Source: Pyrodictiaceae archaeon (GTDB lineage Archaea > Thermoproteota > Thermoprotei_A > Sulfolobales > Pyrodictiaceae). From it: 64,000 bases of DNA. How positions within the stretch are numbered: position 1 is the first letter of the stretch; each line of letters opens with the position of its first letter. The translations under genes and the position numbers were made by a program. Location of the stretch: NCBI GenBank assembly GCA_027036135.1, contig JALVSY010000007.1, positions 804,880 to 868,879 of the forward strand, in the 5' to 3' direction. The notes under the pieces were generated by a model, which saw only the letters and a program-made list of their open reading frames with translations, did not search any database and had not been told where the DNA came from. This document shows, one piece after another, positions 1 through 13,442 of this stretch.

Positions 1-85
1 GCCCACCGGAGACAAGAAGCTTGTCCCGAAGGGCTAAAAAGCTTATCTTAATCGTCTCAAGCTCCGGCTAGGCTACAGAGGTAAC

Positions 86-955
86 ATGGATACATGTGAG
101 GAGGGCGAAGCAGCTGTGTCCTCGCATCCAAGGCTCCTAGTCGTCTACTCGCTAAGGGATCCCGCTAGTAGAGGAGCTGCTGAGGAGCTACTCGGTCTCA
201 TAAATGGCAGGGAGTGCTCTATTCCTAGGAGCACTGGGTGCACTTACAGCGATGAGCTGGGGGCCTATGTGGCCGGGTTCGACGAGGACACAATAAGACT
301 TGATTTCCTGGACGACGTGGCGCCGAGCGACGTAGAGGCCTATATTATTCTTAGCAGGCATAGTGGCGGGAAGCCCTCGCTAACCGTTCACTACACCGGT
401 AATCCTGGTCCAAGAGCAGAGCATGGGGGGAGGCCCTGGGAGCTATCTTATACATGGCCTAGGCTTCATGCCGCACTAATCCGGACTTACAGAGTAGTCG
501 CTAAGGAGCATGGATTAACAAAGGAGTTTCAAGTAGTGCTAGAGGCCACCCACCACGGTCCCACGTCTCTGAGAAAGCCGCTCGTATTCATCGAGATTGG
601 TAGCTCAGAGAAAGAATGGGGCCGGAGGGATGCCCACCGTGCTATGGCTGAGACTGTTTACCGCGTACTGAGCAACGACTGGACAAGTACGGAGTGCTCT
701 AGGATAGCTATAGGTGTCGGTGATACTCACTACCCCTCCACGCATACGCGCGGCGTGCTCGAGAAGAGGTACTGTTATACGCACATATTCTCTAAGTATG
801 TGCTCGAGAACCTTAACGAAGAGCTACTTGAACAAGCAAGGACTAAGAGCGAGGATCTTGTGGACTCCGTGCTCTATGCAAAGATACCAGGAGCTATTAA
901 GCGCCTTGTGCGCTCATATGCGGAGAAAAAGGGTCTCTATAGCGGGAAGGTATAG
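86..955 (+). CDS. dtdA: Archaeal D-aminoacyl-tRNA deacylase (DTD2 family)
   Basis: Motifs SRHS..KPSLTVH.TGN, EATHHGPT and FIEIGS are typical of DtdA/DTD2. Confidence 0.9.
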   Translation: MDTCEEGEAAVSSHPRLLVVYSLRDPASRGAAEELLGLINGRECSIPRSTGCTYSDELGAYVAGFDEDTIRLDFLDDVAPSDVEAYIILSRHSGGKPSLTVHYTGNPGPRAEHGGRPWELSYTWPRLHAALIRTYRVVAKEHGLTKEFQVVLEATHHGPTSLRKPLVFIEIGSSEKEWGRRDAHRAMAETVYRVLSNDWTSTECSRIAIGVGDTHYPSTHTRGVLEKRYCYTHIFSKYVLENLNEELLEQARTKSEDLVDSVLYAKIPGAIKRLVRSYAEKKGLYSGKV

Positions 956-965
956 AGGGGCTAGG

Positions 966-1628
966 CTAGGCCAGGCCCTCTGCTCCACGCATTCTTGCTA
1001 GGCGGCGCTTCATGGTCTTTAGTCTTATTACCTCTTCTCTCATACGATCATCGAGTACTAGCTTGATGTACTTTATGCTCTGCTCGTAGCCAGGTATGAT
1101 GCTATAGTCGAGTGCGTTTAGTAGTCGCTGGGTATCCTTTAGTTCTTGGAGGAGTCTACGAATAGCTGCCTCGGTCTCAACTACTTTTAGGAAGCTTTCA
1201 AGGACTTCTACTAGCCTATTCCTAGCCTCGAGGAGGTCTGGTGTAAGCCTCGTGGCTGTTACGGGTGCGCTGGGTATGGTCTCCTTCATGAGGGTGAATG
1301 AGGGTGCTTTTATCGCGAATAGTATCCTGACTCCCTGGGCAATCGATAGTTCTGGGGGAATAGCTTCTATGAGGGGCCTCACATTCTCTAGTCCTCCGCT
1401 CGAGACTAGGGCTCTGAAGAAGCTCTGGTAAGCATCCATGAGCTTGCGGGCTGCCTCCTCGTATGCCTTCTTATACTCTACGGCGAGTTGGCGTACGTAG
1501 AGCAGGATTACGTCTCTCTTCTCCTCTATGACCTTCCTTATTCTCTTCATTGTCTGGAGTTCTCTTCTAAGCCTTATTAGGTTAATCTTCGTTGGCAGTA
1601 CTCTTTGGCCACCGAACATTAGCGACAT
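966..1628 (-). CDS. atpD: A/V-type ATP synthase subunit D
   Basis: PTKINLIRLRR N-terminus and RLLNALDYSIIP..EEVIRLK C-terminus; follows atpB. Confidence 0.95.
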   Translation of the reverse strand: MSLMFGGQRVLPTKINLIRLRRELQTMKRIRKVIEEKRDVILLYVRQLAVEYKKAYEEAARKLMDAYQSFFRALVSSGGLENVRPLIEAIPPELSIAQGVRILFAIKAPSFTLMKETIPSAPVTATRLTPDLLEARNRLVEVLESFLKVVETEAAIRRLLQELKDTQRLLNALDYSIIPGYEQSIKYIKLVLDDRMREEVIRLKTMKRRLARMRGAEGLA

Positions 1629-1697
1629 TCTTGCCCAGCCTCACAAATACGTGGTGTGGTTAAGGGTACGAGAGAAACAAAAGAGGCGATTAGGAAG

Positions 1698-3122
1698 TTA
1701 CTGTTGTTGCTGTGCTTTCTTGCGGTACTTGGGGTGATACTTCCTTATGTACTCGTCTTTTATCTTGTAGAGCTCTGTCTCGGGCAGTATTGCTAGTATT
1801 TCCCAGGCTAGGTCTAGTGTCTCTTCTATGCTGCGGTTCTCGAAGAAGCCCTGGCTCAGGAATCTCTGCTCGAATGCCTCGCCGAATCTTAGGTACTTCC
1901 TGTCTATCTCGGAGAGGCTTTCCTCGCCCACGATTGCTGCGAGGCTTCTTAGCTCTACTGCGCGGCTATAGGCCGCGTATAGCTGGTCTGAGACATTGGC
2001 GTGGTCTTCGCGTGTCTTTCCTGGGCCTATACCTTCCTTCATTAGTCGCGAGAGGCTCATTAGCACGTTAATGGGTGGGTAGATGCCTCTGTTGTGTAGC
2101 TCTCTGCTAAGCACTATCTGGCCCTCAGTGATGTAGCCCGTTAGGTCGGGTATGGGGTGCGTTATGTCGTCGTTGGGCATTGTTAGGATTGGCATCTGGG
2201 TTATGCTGCCCTTCTTGCCCTTTGCTCTACCTGCTCTCTCGTAGATTGAGGCTAGGTCGCTGTACATGTAGCCTGGGTAGCCCTGCCTACCGGGAACCTC
2301 TTCTCTCGAGGCACTTATCTCGCGGAGAGCCTCACAGTAATTGGTCATATCTGTTAGTATGACTAGTACGTGCATTCCTAGGTCGAAGGCCAGGTGCTCT
2401 GCTAGTGTTAGGGCAAGCCTCGGCGTGATTAACCTAACGCTTGCCGGCTCGTCAGCTAGGTTTATGAAGAGTGCTGCTCTCTTTATGGCACCGGTCTCTT
2501 CGAAGAACTTCTTGAAGAACAAGGCCTCGTCGTGCATCACGCCTATTGCTGCGAAGACTACTGCGAACTCTTCTCCGGTCCTCACGGTGGCCTGCCTAGC
2601 TATCTGGACAGCCAGCTTGTTGTGTGGTAGACCGCTTCCGCTAAAGATTGGTAGCTTCTGTCCACGAACCATAGTGTTCATGCCATCTATAGCCGAGACA
2701 CCCGTCTGTATGAAGTCCTCTGGATACTCTCTCGCTGCTGGGTTCAATGGGTCGCCGTTTATGTCTCTCCATACACCACTGGTTATTGGGGGCCCACCAT
2801 CTATTGGGTCGCCGAGGCCATTGAATATTCTTCCTAGCATCTCGTCAGACACTTTAACCTCTAGTGTTCGTGCCAGGAAGCGTACCTTTGTACCCCTTGC
2901 GGAGATACCCGTTGTTCCCTCGAAGACCTGGACAACTGCATAGCCCTGTGCCGTCTCTAGTACTCTGCCACGTCTCTTTTCACCATTCGGTAGCTCTACC
3001 TCAACTATCTCGTCGTATGCTGCATCGCTTATACCCTCTACTATTACGAGGGGGCCTCTTACCTCTCTAATTGTCTCGTACTCGCGCACTACACGGGTAG
3101 ATGCCTCAGCCACGGATCCCAC
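1698..3122 (-). CDS. atpB: A/V-type ATP synthase subunit B
   Basis: [47 protein letters not shown]. Confidence 0.98.
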   Translation of the reverse strand: MGSVAEASTRVVREYETIREVRGPLVIVEGISDAAYDEIVEVELPNGEKRRGRVLETAQGYAVVQVFEGTTGISARGTKVRFLARTLEVKVSDEMLGRIFNGLGDPIDGGPPITSGVWRDINGDPLNPAAREYPEDFIQTGVSAIDGMNTMVRGQKLPIFSGSGLPHNKLAVQIARQATVRTGEEFAVVFAAIGVMHDEALFFKKFFEETGAIKRAALFINLADEPASVRLITPRLALTLAEHLAFDLGMHVLVILTDMTNYCEALREISASREEVPGRQGYPGYMYSDLASIYERAGRAKGKKGSITQMPILTMPNDDITHPIPDLTGYITEGQIVLSRELHNRGIYPPINVLMSLSRLMKEGIGPGKTREDHANVSDQLYAAYSRAVELRSLAAIVGEESLSEIDRKYLRFGEAFEQRFLSQGFFENRSIEETLDLAWEILAILPETELYKIKDEYIRKYHPKYRKKAQQQQ

Positions 3123-3162
3123 CCAATACGAGAATTATATTCCATAATCATGGAGTATGGGC

Positions 3163-4968
3163 CTAGGCGGCTATAGCGGGGGCTGTTCTCTGTCCCTCTA
3201 CGAGCTTCTGCAACCCCTCTATTAGTTGCTGCTTTATCTTGTCTATCTCCTCTACCTTGTCGTTGGGCACCTTATATCTTGTCATTACTAGCTCTCTCAT
3301 TAATACTGCTAGAGAGTCTTTTATCTGCTTAACAGTGACGCCTTTGCTAACAGCTTCTAGGGCTGCATGGTAGAAGTCGATTATTGCTTCTAGTTGCTTC
3401 CACTGCTTCTGTGGCGTAGCGAAGGCATCTATTGGGTCGAAGGCGTTCTGTTGTAGGAAGCCTTCTCTTATCAGCCTCGCTACTTCTAGGATTAGTTTGT
3501 CTTTCTCGCTTAGGCCCTCTGTACCAACGAGTCTTACTATCTCTTTGAGCTCGTCCTCGCGTAGCAGTATGTCGTAGGCCTCGTCGCGGTACTGTTTCCA
3601 CTTGGGGCTAACATTCTTGTGCCACCACTCAGCAACCGTCTCCACGTAGGCCGAGTAGCTCATTATCCAGTTAATCGCTGGGTAGTGCCTGCTGTAAGCT
3701 AGGCGTGCGTCGAGCGCCCAGAAGACCCTTATGAATCTCTTAGTATTAGCTGTGACCGGCTCGGTGAAGTCTCCACCAGGGGGTGACACTGCGCCAGTAA
3801 TTGTTACGCTGCCTATACGCTCCGGTGAGCCGAGGGTTCTGACTCTACCCGCTCTACCATAGAACTCTGCTAGTCGTGAGGCAAGGTAGCTTGGGTAGCC
3901 CTCCTCGGCGGGCATCTCCTCTAGGCGGCCAGCTATCTCTCGTAGCGCCTCTGCCCAGCGGCTAGTGGAATCGGCTACGAGTAGTACGTCGTAGCCCATG
4001 TCCCTGTAGTACTCTGCCATTGTGACCCCAGTATAGATGCTTGCCTCACGCGCTGCTACAGGCATGTTACTGGTGTTGGCAATGAGTATCGTTCTCTCCA
4101 TCATGGGCCTGCCCGTCCACGGGTCTTTCAGCTTCGGGAACGTTACCAGGACGTCTGTCATCTCGTTCCCGCGCTCGCCACAACCAATGTATATCACTAC
4201 TCTAGCCTCACTCCACTTCGCGAGGCTTTGAAGAGTTACCGTCTTCCCGCTGCCGAAGGGACCAGGTATCGCAGCTGTACCGCCCTTCGCAATAGGGAAC
4301 ATAGTGTCTATTACACGCCATCCAGTGATAAGAGGCTCTGCGGGTTCGAATTTCTCCCTTATAGGCCTCGGCTTACGGACCGGCCATTTGTGGTACATCT
4401 TGAGCTCTACTTCGCCCTTACCCGGCACTTCAACCGTGGCTATGGTGTCCTCTACTGTGTACTCGCCCTCGCTTGCAACCCACTTCAGAACACCGTGTAC
4501 ATCGGGGGGTACGAGCACCTTGTGAGTTATTAGCGGGGTCTCCGGGACCTCGCCGAGTATATCGCCGCCAGAAACCTTGTCCCCGGGCTTCAACCCACTC
4601 GGCTTAAAATGCCACTTCTTGCTACGGTCAAGCGCTGGAACCTTTATTCCACGCCTTATGAAGATGCTCTTTGCTACCTCTCTTATAGCGTCCAAGGGTC
4701 TCTGAATACCATCATAGATCTTACCTATTAGGCCGGGTCCAAGCTCTACGCTCAAGGGGGCACCTGTTCCGTATACGGGATCGCCGGGCTTGAGACCGGT
4801 TGTGGACTCATATACCTGGATATAGGCCTTGTCTCCGACTATCCTGTTTACCTCGCCTACGAGGCGCTCCTCGCCCACCTCAACCATCTCGTACATCTGT
4901 ATACCTGTCATTCCCTCAGCTACTACTAGTGGTCCAGCCACGCGAATTATTCTGCCTTTTACGCCCAC
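3163..4968 (-). CDS. atpA: A/V-type ATP synthase subunit A (no intein)
   Basis: Walker [31 protein letters not shown]. Confidence 0.98.
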   Translation of the reverse strand: MGVKGRIIRVAGPLVVAEGMTGIQMYEMVEVGEERLVGEVNRIVGDKAYIQVYESTTGLKPGDPVYGTGAPLSVELGPGLIGKIYDGIQRPLDAIREVAKSIFIRRGIKVPALDRSKKWHFKPSGLKPGDKVSGGDILGEVPETPLITHKVLVPPDVHGVLKWVASEGEYTVEDTIATVEVPGKGEVELKMYHKWPVRKPRPIREKFEPAEPLITGWRVIDTMFPIAKGGTAAIPGPFGSGKTVTLQSLAKWSEARVVIYIGCGERGNEMTDVLVTFPKLKDPWTGRPMMERTILIANTSNMPVAAREASIYTGVTMAEYYRDMGYDVLLVADSTSRWAEALREIAGRLEEMPAEEGYPSYLASRLAEFYGRAGRVRTLGSPERIGSVTITGAVSPPGGDFTEPVTANTKRFIRVFWALDARLAYSRHYPAINWIMSYSAYVETVAEWWHKNVSPKWKQYRDEAYDILLREDELKEIVRLVGTEGLSEKDKLILEVARLIREGFLQQNAFDPIDAFATPQKQWKQLEAIIDFYHAALEAVSKGVTVKQIKDSLAVLMRELVMTRYKVPNDKVEEIDKIKQQLIEGLQKLVEGQRTAPAIAA

Positions 4969-5012
4969 TCACAACCACCCGTGGAACCGTAGACTAGTGG
5001 GGGGAATTAGTG

Positions 5013-5645
5013 CTAAGCACCCTCCTTGCCAAGGAGGGTTTCCAAAATAACTGTCCTGGCCTTTTCTATCACGGGAGCGAGCACGACATCGAGGCTATAG
5101 TTTAGTGTTAGTCCTCCACCACGTGCACGGACAATGAATCCACCAAGACCATCAACGGGCTCCTCCGCTACTGTTGCTTTGATCCCCTTCGGCTTCTCCA
5201 CCTTCCTTAGAGCCTTTGACACGTATTCGGTGTCTCCATTAACCGGGACTATTTCTATCTCCTTGATATCCTCTGGAAGCTTTGAGAACGCGTCATTGAG
5301 CATTCGTGCGAGGAACTCTATGTAAGCTTCCTCGCCCACGAAGCTGCGGAGCTTGGACAGCGCCTCTTGTAAGACCTCGTCTACCGCCTTTGCCTTTATC
5401 TCTGCGAGCCTCTTACGGTGCTCAACTTCCCACTTAGCACTAAATGATGATGCCTTCTCGCGAGCATCTCTAAGAGCGTGGTTAAGCTCCTCCTCTAGTT
5501 TTCGCCGCGCCTCCTCATAAGCTTTCTCAACTATTTGCTTAGCAGCTATTAGTGCCTCATTCATCTTGGTCTCTATCTCTGAGCGTATCTTATTAATTAT
5601 CTCGTCAGCCAGCTTATCTGGGGAACCAAGCACGCGAACAGACAC
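5013..5645 (-). CDS. atpE: A/V-type ATP synthase subunit E
   Basis: Long N-terminal coiled coil, C-terminal GGFIV..NYSLD motif, position between F and A. Confidence 0.85.
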   Translation of the reverse strand: MSVRVLGSPDKLADEIINKIRSEIETKMNEALIAAKQIVEKAYEEARRKLEEELNHALRDAREKASSFSAKWEVEHRKRLAEIKAKAVDEVLQEALSKLRSFVGEEAYIEFLARMLNDAFSKLPEDIKEIEIVPVNGDTEYVSKALRKVEKPKGIKATVAEEPVDGLGGFIVRARGGGLTLNYSLDVVLAPVIEKARTVILETLLGKEGA

Positions 5646-5655
5646 GGTAACTAGC

Positions 5656-5964
5656 TCACCCCATGCCTAGTGCTTTGAGCAGCTCCTTTTGAACATCCAT
5701 GGGTTGCCCGGGCTCTCGTACAGTAGGGAGACGAGCAACAACTATGTCGCTCCTACTGCGCTGCAGTTGCTCTATAGCGTCCTCAACTGCGTCGAAAAGC
5801 TCAGCCGAGACAAGGACAAGGCCAACATCTTCGCGGATCTCAAGCTCTCTTATCACCTTCTTCGCCTCAGTTGCTGCATTCACGGGATAACCCTCAACAC
5901 CTATGAGGCGGAGCGCATATACTGTATAAGGGTCAGCAACAGCGACTATGTGGCGCTTCTCCAA
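5656..5964 (-). CDS. atpF: A/V-type ATP synthase subunit F
   Basis: AVADPYTVYALRLIGV and terminal KALG motifs, about 100 aa, operon position. Confidence 0.9.
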   Translation of the reverse strand: MEKRHIVAVADPYTVYALRLIGVEGYPVNAATEAKKVIRELEIREDVGLVLVSAELFDAVEDAIEQLQRSRSDIVVARLPTVREPGQPMDVQKELLKALGMG

Positions 5965-6075
5965 AACCTCCTCCCAGAGGAACTAGCCCGGCACCATGTA
6001 TATTAAAAATTCTTGCAGCCTCGAGCTATGTGTGGGGGCGTAGAGCTTACAGGTAAGGCGTCAAGGGGGGAGGCA

Positions 6076-8157
6076 TTGGCGTTATCAGAGGTGCTAGTTG
6101 CGAGGCCTGCTCAAGAAGTGACCCTGCTTGTGCCAATAGACAAGTTGTCCAGGGCAGTGAAGGCTCTTACGGAGTGCCGTTGTCTACACCCAGAGCCCCT
6201 TGCTGTAGATCCCGCGTATAGGGCAATGATTCATCGTATTCGCGGCGACCTTGACTCTCTTGAGCAGAAGATTAGGCAGGCTCTCGAGGTAGCTGAGCAG
6301 GCGCCGATGGAGGGCGAGGTAGGCGAGGAGACACTAAAGCTTGCGCGCGAGACTGATGTAGGACTTTCGAGACTCCTTGAGCAGCTAGGCGATGCCATAA
6401 GGGGTATTGAGAGAATAGCTGAGAAACTTGCTCAGCTCCGCAACCCAGAGTCTGAGCTCTCAACTATGCTCCATGTTATAGAGTATTATAGCTTCCTTAA
6501 GGTTGATATAGAGAAGGTGCGAAAGGGGCACATAATACGAGCAAAGATCTATCGGGTACCACTTGACCGTACTGATAGCTTCCGCGAAGAGGCATCCAAG
6601 CTGGAGTCAGTACTTGTAGTAGAGCTTGGCACCATAGAGCCTAACAGAGTCACGTTCCTTGCTATCTATCCCGCTTGGCGAGAGGCTGATATCGGTCGTG
6701 TTGCTGTGCGTAATAGGGCAGAGCTTCTCGAGATACCACGTGACTTGCCTCCAATACCGGCTGAGGCTCTGAGACAAGCAAGAGAAGAGCTTGAGAATCT
6801 GCCTGCTCTCCTACAGCGCCACGTACCATTGCTACGTAGAGCATTAGTGCTTATCGACGCCGCGAAGAGGCTTGTAGCGATACTTGAGGTCGTGAAGCCG
6901 CTGAAAACACTGGCAGTTATACACGGCTACGTAGCAGCTGGCAAGATGAAGGCACTAGAGGAGTCTATGAGGAGGAACAATGTTACCTACTCAGCCATAG
7001 TGGCGGAGACCGAGACAAACAATCATGGGCATAAAGAGGGTAAGGAGGAGAAGCTACCTCCATCGTATTTCAGAGTAGGCGGCTTCTTAGCACCCTTCGC
7101 AGATCTCCTAGGAATGGGGGGCTTTCCGCGTCCAAGGGAGATAGTGCCAGCAGCTGTTATGGCTATAACACTTCCAATAATATATGGGCTAATGTTCCCT
7201 GATCTCGGTCACGGAATCGTGCTAGTCCTCATAGGCTACTACTTGTTCTACAAGAAGATGAGGAGCGAGAACCTAGGCAAGCTAGTCATAATATTTGGCT
7301 CAGCAGCGATAATAACAGGGTTCCTTAGCGGCGAGTTCTTTGGCGCCTACCCTGCCCTAGTGAGCTGGCTAACACACATATGGCACGGCCACCCACCACT
7401 GGCAAGCCCACTGCACCCCATAGCCGAGGAAGTAGTAAAGGGAGGAGGCGAGATACCACAAGGCACAGTACAACACCTATTATACAACGCCATATACGTG
7501 TCACTAGCGATAGGCGCATTCGTATTAACACTGTCATCGATATTCGCCATGATAAACGGGATAAATCTGAGAGACAAGGAAATGTTAGTAGCTGGACTAG
7601 GTAAGACACTGGTATTCGGAAGCATAGCGTTAGCACTTCTAGGCGGCCCATTCGTGGTTCATGCTATGCATCCAATAGAAGCTGCTGCGCAGGTGCTCAA
7701 AGACGCTGGGCTGACACTAATACCACACACAATAATGGGCGCCACGGTGAGAACTCTCTTTGTCATAGGATTAATCATAGCAATGATAGCACCAATTATA
7801 TACGGTCATGGAAGCTTCGGCGAGAGAGGAATGGCGGGGTTCATGGAGGCCTTCGACCTATTACTAATGGCTATTGGTAATACAGCATCCTTCATGCGAA
7901 TTATGGGCCTCATGCTAGCGCACAGCGGCTTAATGTTCGGATTCTTAATACTTGCAGTAATCAGCGGCCCAATACTTGGACCAATAGTATACATATTTGG
8001 AAATATACTAGTAATAGGCCTGGAGGCACTAGTAGCGTATGCGCACTCGCTGAGGCTGCACTTCTACGAAATGTTCAGCAAGTTCTACATCGATGGCGGC
8101 AGACTCTACACACCAATAGAGATACCACCACGTGTAAAGATAGCAATAGAGGAGTAA
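6076..8157 (+). CDS. atpI: A/V-type ATP synthase subunit I (a)
   Basis: YGLMFPDLGHG, NTASFMRIMGL, HSLRLHFYEMFSKFY; TTG at 6076 after a GGGGAGG SD is preferred to the track start at 6013. Confidence 0.95.
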   Translation: MALSEVLVARPAQEVTLLVPIDKLSRAVKALTECRCLHPEPLAVDPAYRAMIHRIRGDLDSLEQKIRQALEVAEQAPMEGEVGEETLKLARETDVGLSRLLEQLGDAIRGIERIAEKLAQLRNPESELSTMLHVIEYYSFLKVDIEKVRKGHIIRAKIYRVPLDRTDSFREEASKLESVLVVELGTIEPNRVTFLAIYPAWREADIGRVAVRNRAELLEIPRDLPPIPAEALRQAREELENLPALLQRHVPLLRRALVLIDAAKRLVAILEVVKPLKTLAVIHGYVAAGKMKALEESMRRNNVTYSAIVAETETNNHGHKEGKEEKLPPSYFRVGGFLAPFADLLGMGGFPRPREIVPAAVMAITLPIIYGLMFPDLGHGIVLVLIGYYLFYKKMRSENLGKLVIIFGSAAIITGFLSGEFFGAYPALVSWLTHIWHGHPPLASPLHPIAEEVVKGGGEIPQGTVQHLLYNAIYVSLAIGAFVLTLSSIFAMINGINLRDKEMLVAGLGKTLVFGSIALALLGGPFVVHAMHPIEAAAQVLKDAGLTLIPHTIMGATVRTLFVIGLIIAMIAPIIYGHGSFGERGMAGFMEAFDLLLMAIGNTASFMRIMGLMLAHSGLMFGFLILAVISGPILGPIVYIFGNILVIGLEALVAYAHSLRLHFYEMFSKFYIDGGRLYTPIEIPPRVKIAIEE

Positions 8158-8271
8158 ATGAGAAATAATTTTATTTACAAAATGATCTTTCCTATCCCAC
8201 ATGTTTTATGTCCCCGTGTCGTACATAAAATTAGTATCGGATGCCAGGATGCCAGAATAAGCTATGACTTA

Positions 8272-9285
8272 CTATAATGAGACGAGGTCCGTTACTCTTT
8301 GCTTTGGCTGCCTGCTATAAGCTAGTAGAGCGATTATGACAGAGTCCTCGGCGTCTAGCAATAATAGTTCAGCGAGACCTACGACTGGGTCATTCATTAC
8401 TGGTTCCCAAGTGAATATCTTCTTAGCTATTGGGCGTAGATGTTTCCTCACCTTTGCTATAAAGCCCTCTAGCGTACCGAGGTTCTCGGAGAGATTACCA
8501 TACCAGGAAGAGGTTAGTAGTCGCTTAGCTTGTTCCTGGTCAAACGATTCTACAACGTTACGTATTTCCCTACTTGATAACTTGTATGCAGCGAGGTATT
8601 TTAGGTAGGTATCTATTACTTGGCGTGCTGGCTTCATCTCTATAAGGGAGTACATCGTCTTAGCGGCAAGGATGTCCAGTCGTCCACCTATTAGTTCTCG
8701 CCCTAGCTCCGTTTCAGCAACGCCTAGTGCCTTGCTAAACGCCTTCATAAGCTCTATGTCGAGAGCTGTGCTAAGGGCTTCAGCGCTTCGCGCAGCAACC
8801 AAGACGTCATATGCAACGCTTAAACCTAGGCGACGAAGCACTTGAACCGGGTCGTTTATTCCTTCCTCAGTTAGTCGTAGAGCTTCCTGTACTAGCTTAT
8901 TCTCCGGCCAGAAGAGTTCATCACGACTAGGTATTTTTTCTCCTCGCTGCGCACGACGAACAATGAGCTCTACATCACGTATAATTGGTATAAGCGCGTA
9001 AGGTTTGTATAGGGTCACAGCTTGCTCCGGAAGAGAGTTCATTACTGCACTTAGTCCTTCAACAAACAACCTATACGCTGCACGTTCCACTTGGCTAGGG
9101 TTCGTGAACTCCTCGCCCGCGGGGAGGAACCTCGTGAGCTTCGTTGCCTGGAAGAGCTTTATAGTCGTCTCGTCCTCCGTATACTGTGCAAGAACAGCTC
9201 TAATATCATCCTCTATGCTCTGGGCCTTTGCAACAACAGTTTTTACATAAAGATATTCTGGGCCTAAGCCAGGAACTTGGCTCAA
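8272..9285 (-). CDS. atpC: A/V-type ATP synthase subunit C (d)
   Basis: About 340 aa, helical, in the ATPase locus; sequence is divergent, so the call rests mainly on size and context. Confidence 0.7.
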   Translation of the reverse strand: MSQVPGLGPEYLYVKTVVAKAQSIEDDIRAVLAQYTEDETTIKLFQATKLTRFLPAGEEFTNPSQVERAAYRLFVEGLSAVMNSLPEQAVTLYKPYALIPIIRDVELIVRRAQRGEKIPSRDELFWPENKLVQEALRLTEEGINDPVQVLRRLGLSVAYDVLVAARSAEALSTALDIELMKAFSKALGVAETELGRELIGGRLDILAAKTMYSLIEMKPARQVIDTYLKYLAAYKLSSREIRNVVESFDQEQAKRLLTSSWYGNLSENLGTLEGFIAKVRKHLRPIAKKIFTWEPVMNDPVVGLAELLLLDAEDSVIIALLAYSRQPKQRVTDLVSL

Positions 9286-9647
9286 CCCTTAATCACCTTG
9301 GCTAGTGTCTCCAGTGCTCTCTCCACAGCCCTATCGCGATTTGCCATGAGTGTCTCGAGAAGTTCCCTTTCTTCCCTCTTCCCCCTTTCTTCAAGCTCTC
9401 TTGACAGACGCTCTATCTCTTTCTCAATAATCTCGCTTATCTCCTTCTTGGCATTAGCTGCTAGCTCCTCTGCCCTGGCTCGCAACTTTGCTGCAACATT
9501 CTCGGCATATTGAATGAGCTTGGCCGCGTCCTCATCGATTCCCTGCATTGCCTTGGAAGCCTCGTTTTCTATCTCCTCAACACTCTTGAGAATCTTGTTC
9601 GCGAGTTCCTCGGCCACTACCCTGGCACCCCGGGACATCGTTACCAC
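9282..9647 (-). CDS. A/V-type ATP synthase subunit H/G (peripheral stalk)
   Basis: E/K/A-rich coiled coil of about 120 aa that overlaps the atpC start. Confidence 0.7.
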   Translation of the reverse strand: MVTMSRGARVVAEELANKILKSVEEIENEASKAMQGIDEDAAKLIQYAENVAAKLRARAEELAANAKKEISEIIEKEIERLSRELEERGKREERELLETLMANRDRAVERALETLAKVIKG

Positions 9648-9789
9648 TAGTTCAAAGAATAAGAATGATTCGCTCTACATACATTCTCGTTAACCAACGC
9701 CTCGTAAGAGATAGTAGGAAGGCGGACAAAGAGGTAACAATGGGCCAGCAAAAATATCTAGGTAGCCCTAGGGCTGGACAAGAGACGCG

Positions 9790-12030
<2,241 letters not shown>

Positions 12031-12063
12031 CTAATCCAAGCTCGGTAAATAGGTGGCCTACAA

Positions 12064-13308
12064 GTGGAGAACAAGACCTGCTACGCTATAGTTGCATCTA
12101 GACTACGTAATAACACGTACATCGAGTGGCTTATGCATAATCTGAGTATACTTTCTGAGTCACTAGGAAGCTTCATAGGAGTCATGGATGATGAAAACTT
12201 ATCATCTAGCTTATCTTTGCTGGAGAAATGTGCTGGCATAGTGCTTGTGGTAGCAACAGGGGGCACTGAGCACGTAGTCCTAGAGCTGCGGGAGAAGCTG
12301 CAAGACAAAATGCTCCTTATTATAGCGCTACCCTATGCTAACAGCTTACCCGCTGTAATGGAGGTCGCACCTCTACTACGAAGATATAAACATACGGCGA
12401 TACACTACATGGACAAGTTCAATCCCGCATCTTATTATTTATTAAGAAGGATCATCAAAGCACTAAGAGCCACCACAAACATCCGTGAAGCAAGACTAGG
12501 CATAGTTGGCGGGATAAGCCCCTGGTTGGTGTATAGCAAGTTAAGCAATGAGAAGGCTAGAGAAATAGGCATTAAGCTTATAGAGATAGGGCTTGACGAG
12601 TTCATCAAGCTCTATAGGGAAGCTAAGCCCTCTGAGGAAATCCTTGAGAAAGTAACCACGGGCGCTACTAGGGTCTCCGTGAGCGAGGCCAGTATAACTA
12701 ATGCACTGAGAGTCTATACTGCTTTGAAAAACATTATTGAACGGTACAAGCTCCAAGCCTTAACAATCAAGTGTTTCGATTTAATAACCAGGCTGAATAC
12801 GACTGCTTGCCTAGCACTATCGCTCCTAAATTCTAGCGGATTCGTAGCTGGCTGTGAGGGCGATGTACCCGCGACTCTTGCAATGATGATTCTAAACCAG
12901 GTATCCAGCAAGCCAGCGTTCATGGCTAATCCAGCGAGGCTAAGCGATAACGGGGTCTTACTAGCTCATTGCACTGCGCCTCTCGTCTATGGACCCTATG
13001 AGCTAATGACCCACTTTGAGAGCGGCATAGGGGTTGGTATTTCAGCGAAATTCCCCATAGGTACCCCCGTAACTTTAGCGAGGCTTGACCCAGGCTCACT
13101 CAAGCTACGCGTAGGAGTTGGTGTTGTCGAGGCTTCGGGGCATCTTAGTAATTATCATTGTAGGACACAAGTGCTAGTTAGACTAGAGAATTCGAAAAGG
13201 CTATTAGAGGACAGTATAGGCAACCATTACGTGATTGCCCCGGGTAAATACGTTGAGGAGTTACGCTATGTCGCAAATCTCTTAGGCCTAGGCTACGAGA
13301 AGCTCTAG
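12064..13308 (+). CDS. L-fucose/L-arabinose isomerase-related protein
   Basis: ATGGTE, ANSLPA.ME, GCEGD, LAHCT, THFESG, CRTQ and GNH motifs. Confidence 0.8.
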   Translation: MENKTCYAIVASRLRNNTYIEWLMHNLSILSESLGSFIGVMDDENLSSSLSLLEKCAGIVLVVATGGTEHVVLELREKLQDKMLLIIALPYANSLPAVMEVAPLLRRYKHTAIHYMDKFNPASYYLLRRIIKALRATTNIREARLGIVGGISPWLVYSKLSNEKAREIGIKLIEIGLDEFIKLYREAKPSEEILEKVTTGATRVSVSEASITNALRVYTALKNIIERYKLQALTIKCFDLITRLNTTACLALSLLNSSGFVAGCEGDVPATLAMMILNQVSSKPAFMANPARLSDNGVLLAHCTAPLVYGPYELMTHFESGIGVGISAKFPIGTPVTLARLDPGSLKLRVGVGVVEASGHLSNYHCRTQVLVRLENSKRLLEDSIGNHYVIAPGKYVEELRYVANLLGLGYEKL

Positions 13309-13442
13309 CAAAAGATTCCTAGCAACACTGCTGTGAGTTTACCGTTTTCCCGAGTGGTAGTCGCCTAGTTTTGCCTAGAGAACGATTCTTTACTGGGCAG
13401 GTCATAGCAATAGACATGACAAGAATAGTGAGGGTTCTAGCC

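Noticed and set aside
1-37. Possible 3' end of an upstream CDS (PTGDKKLVPKG*)
   Set aside because: Too short to identify.
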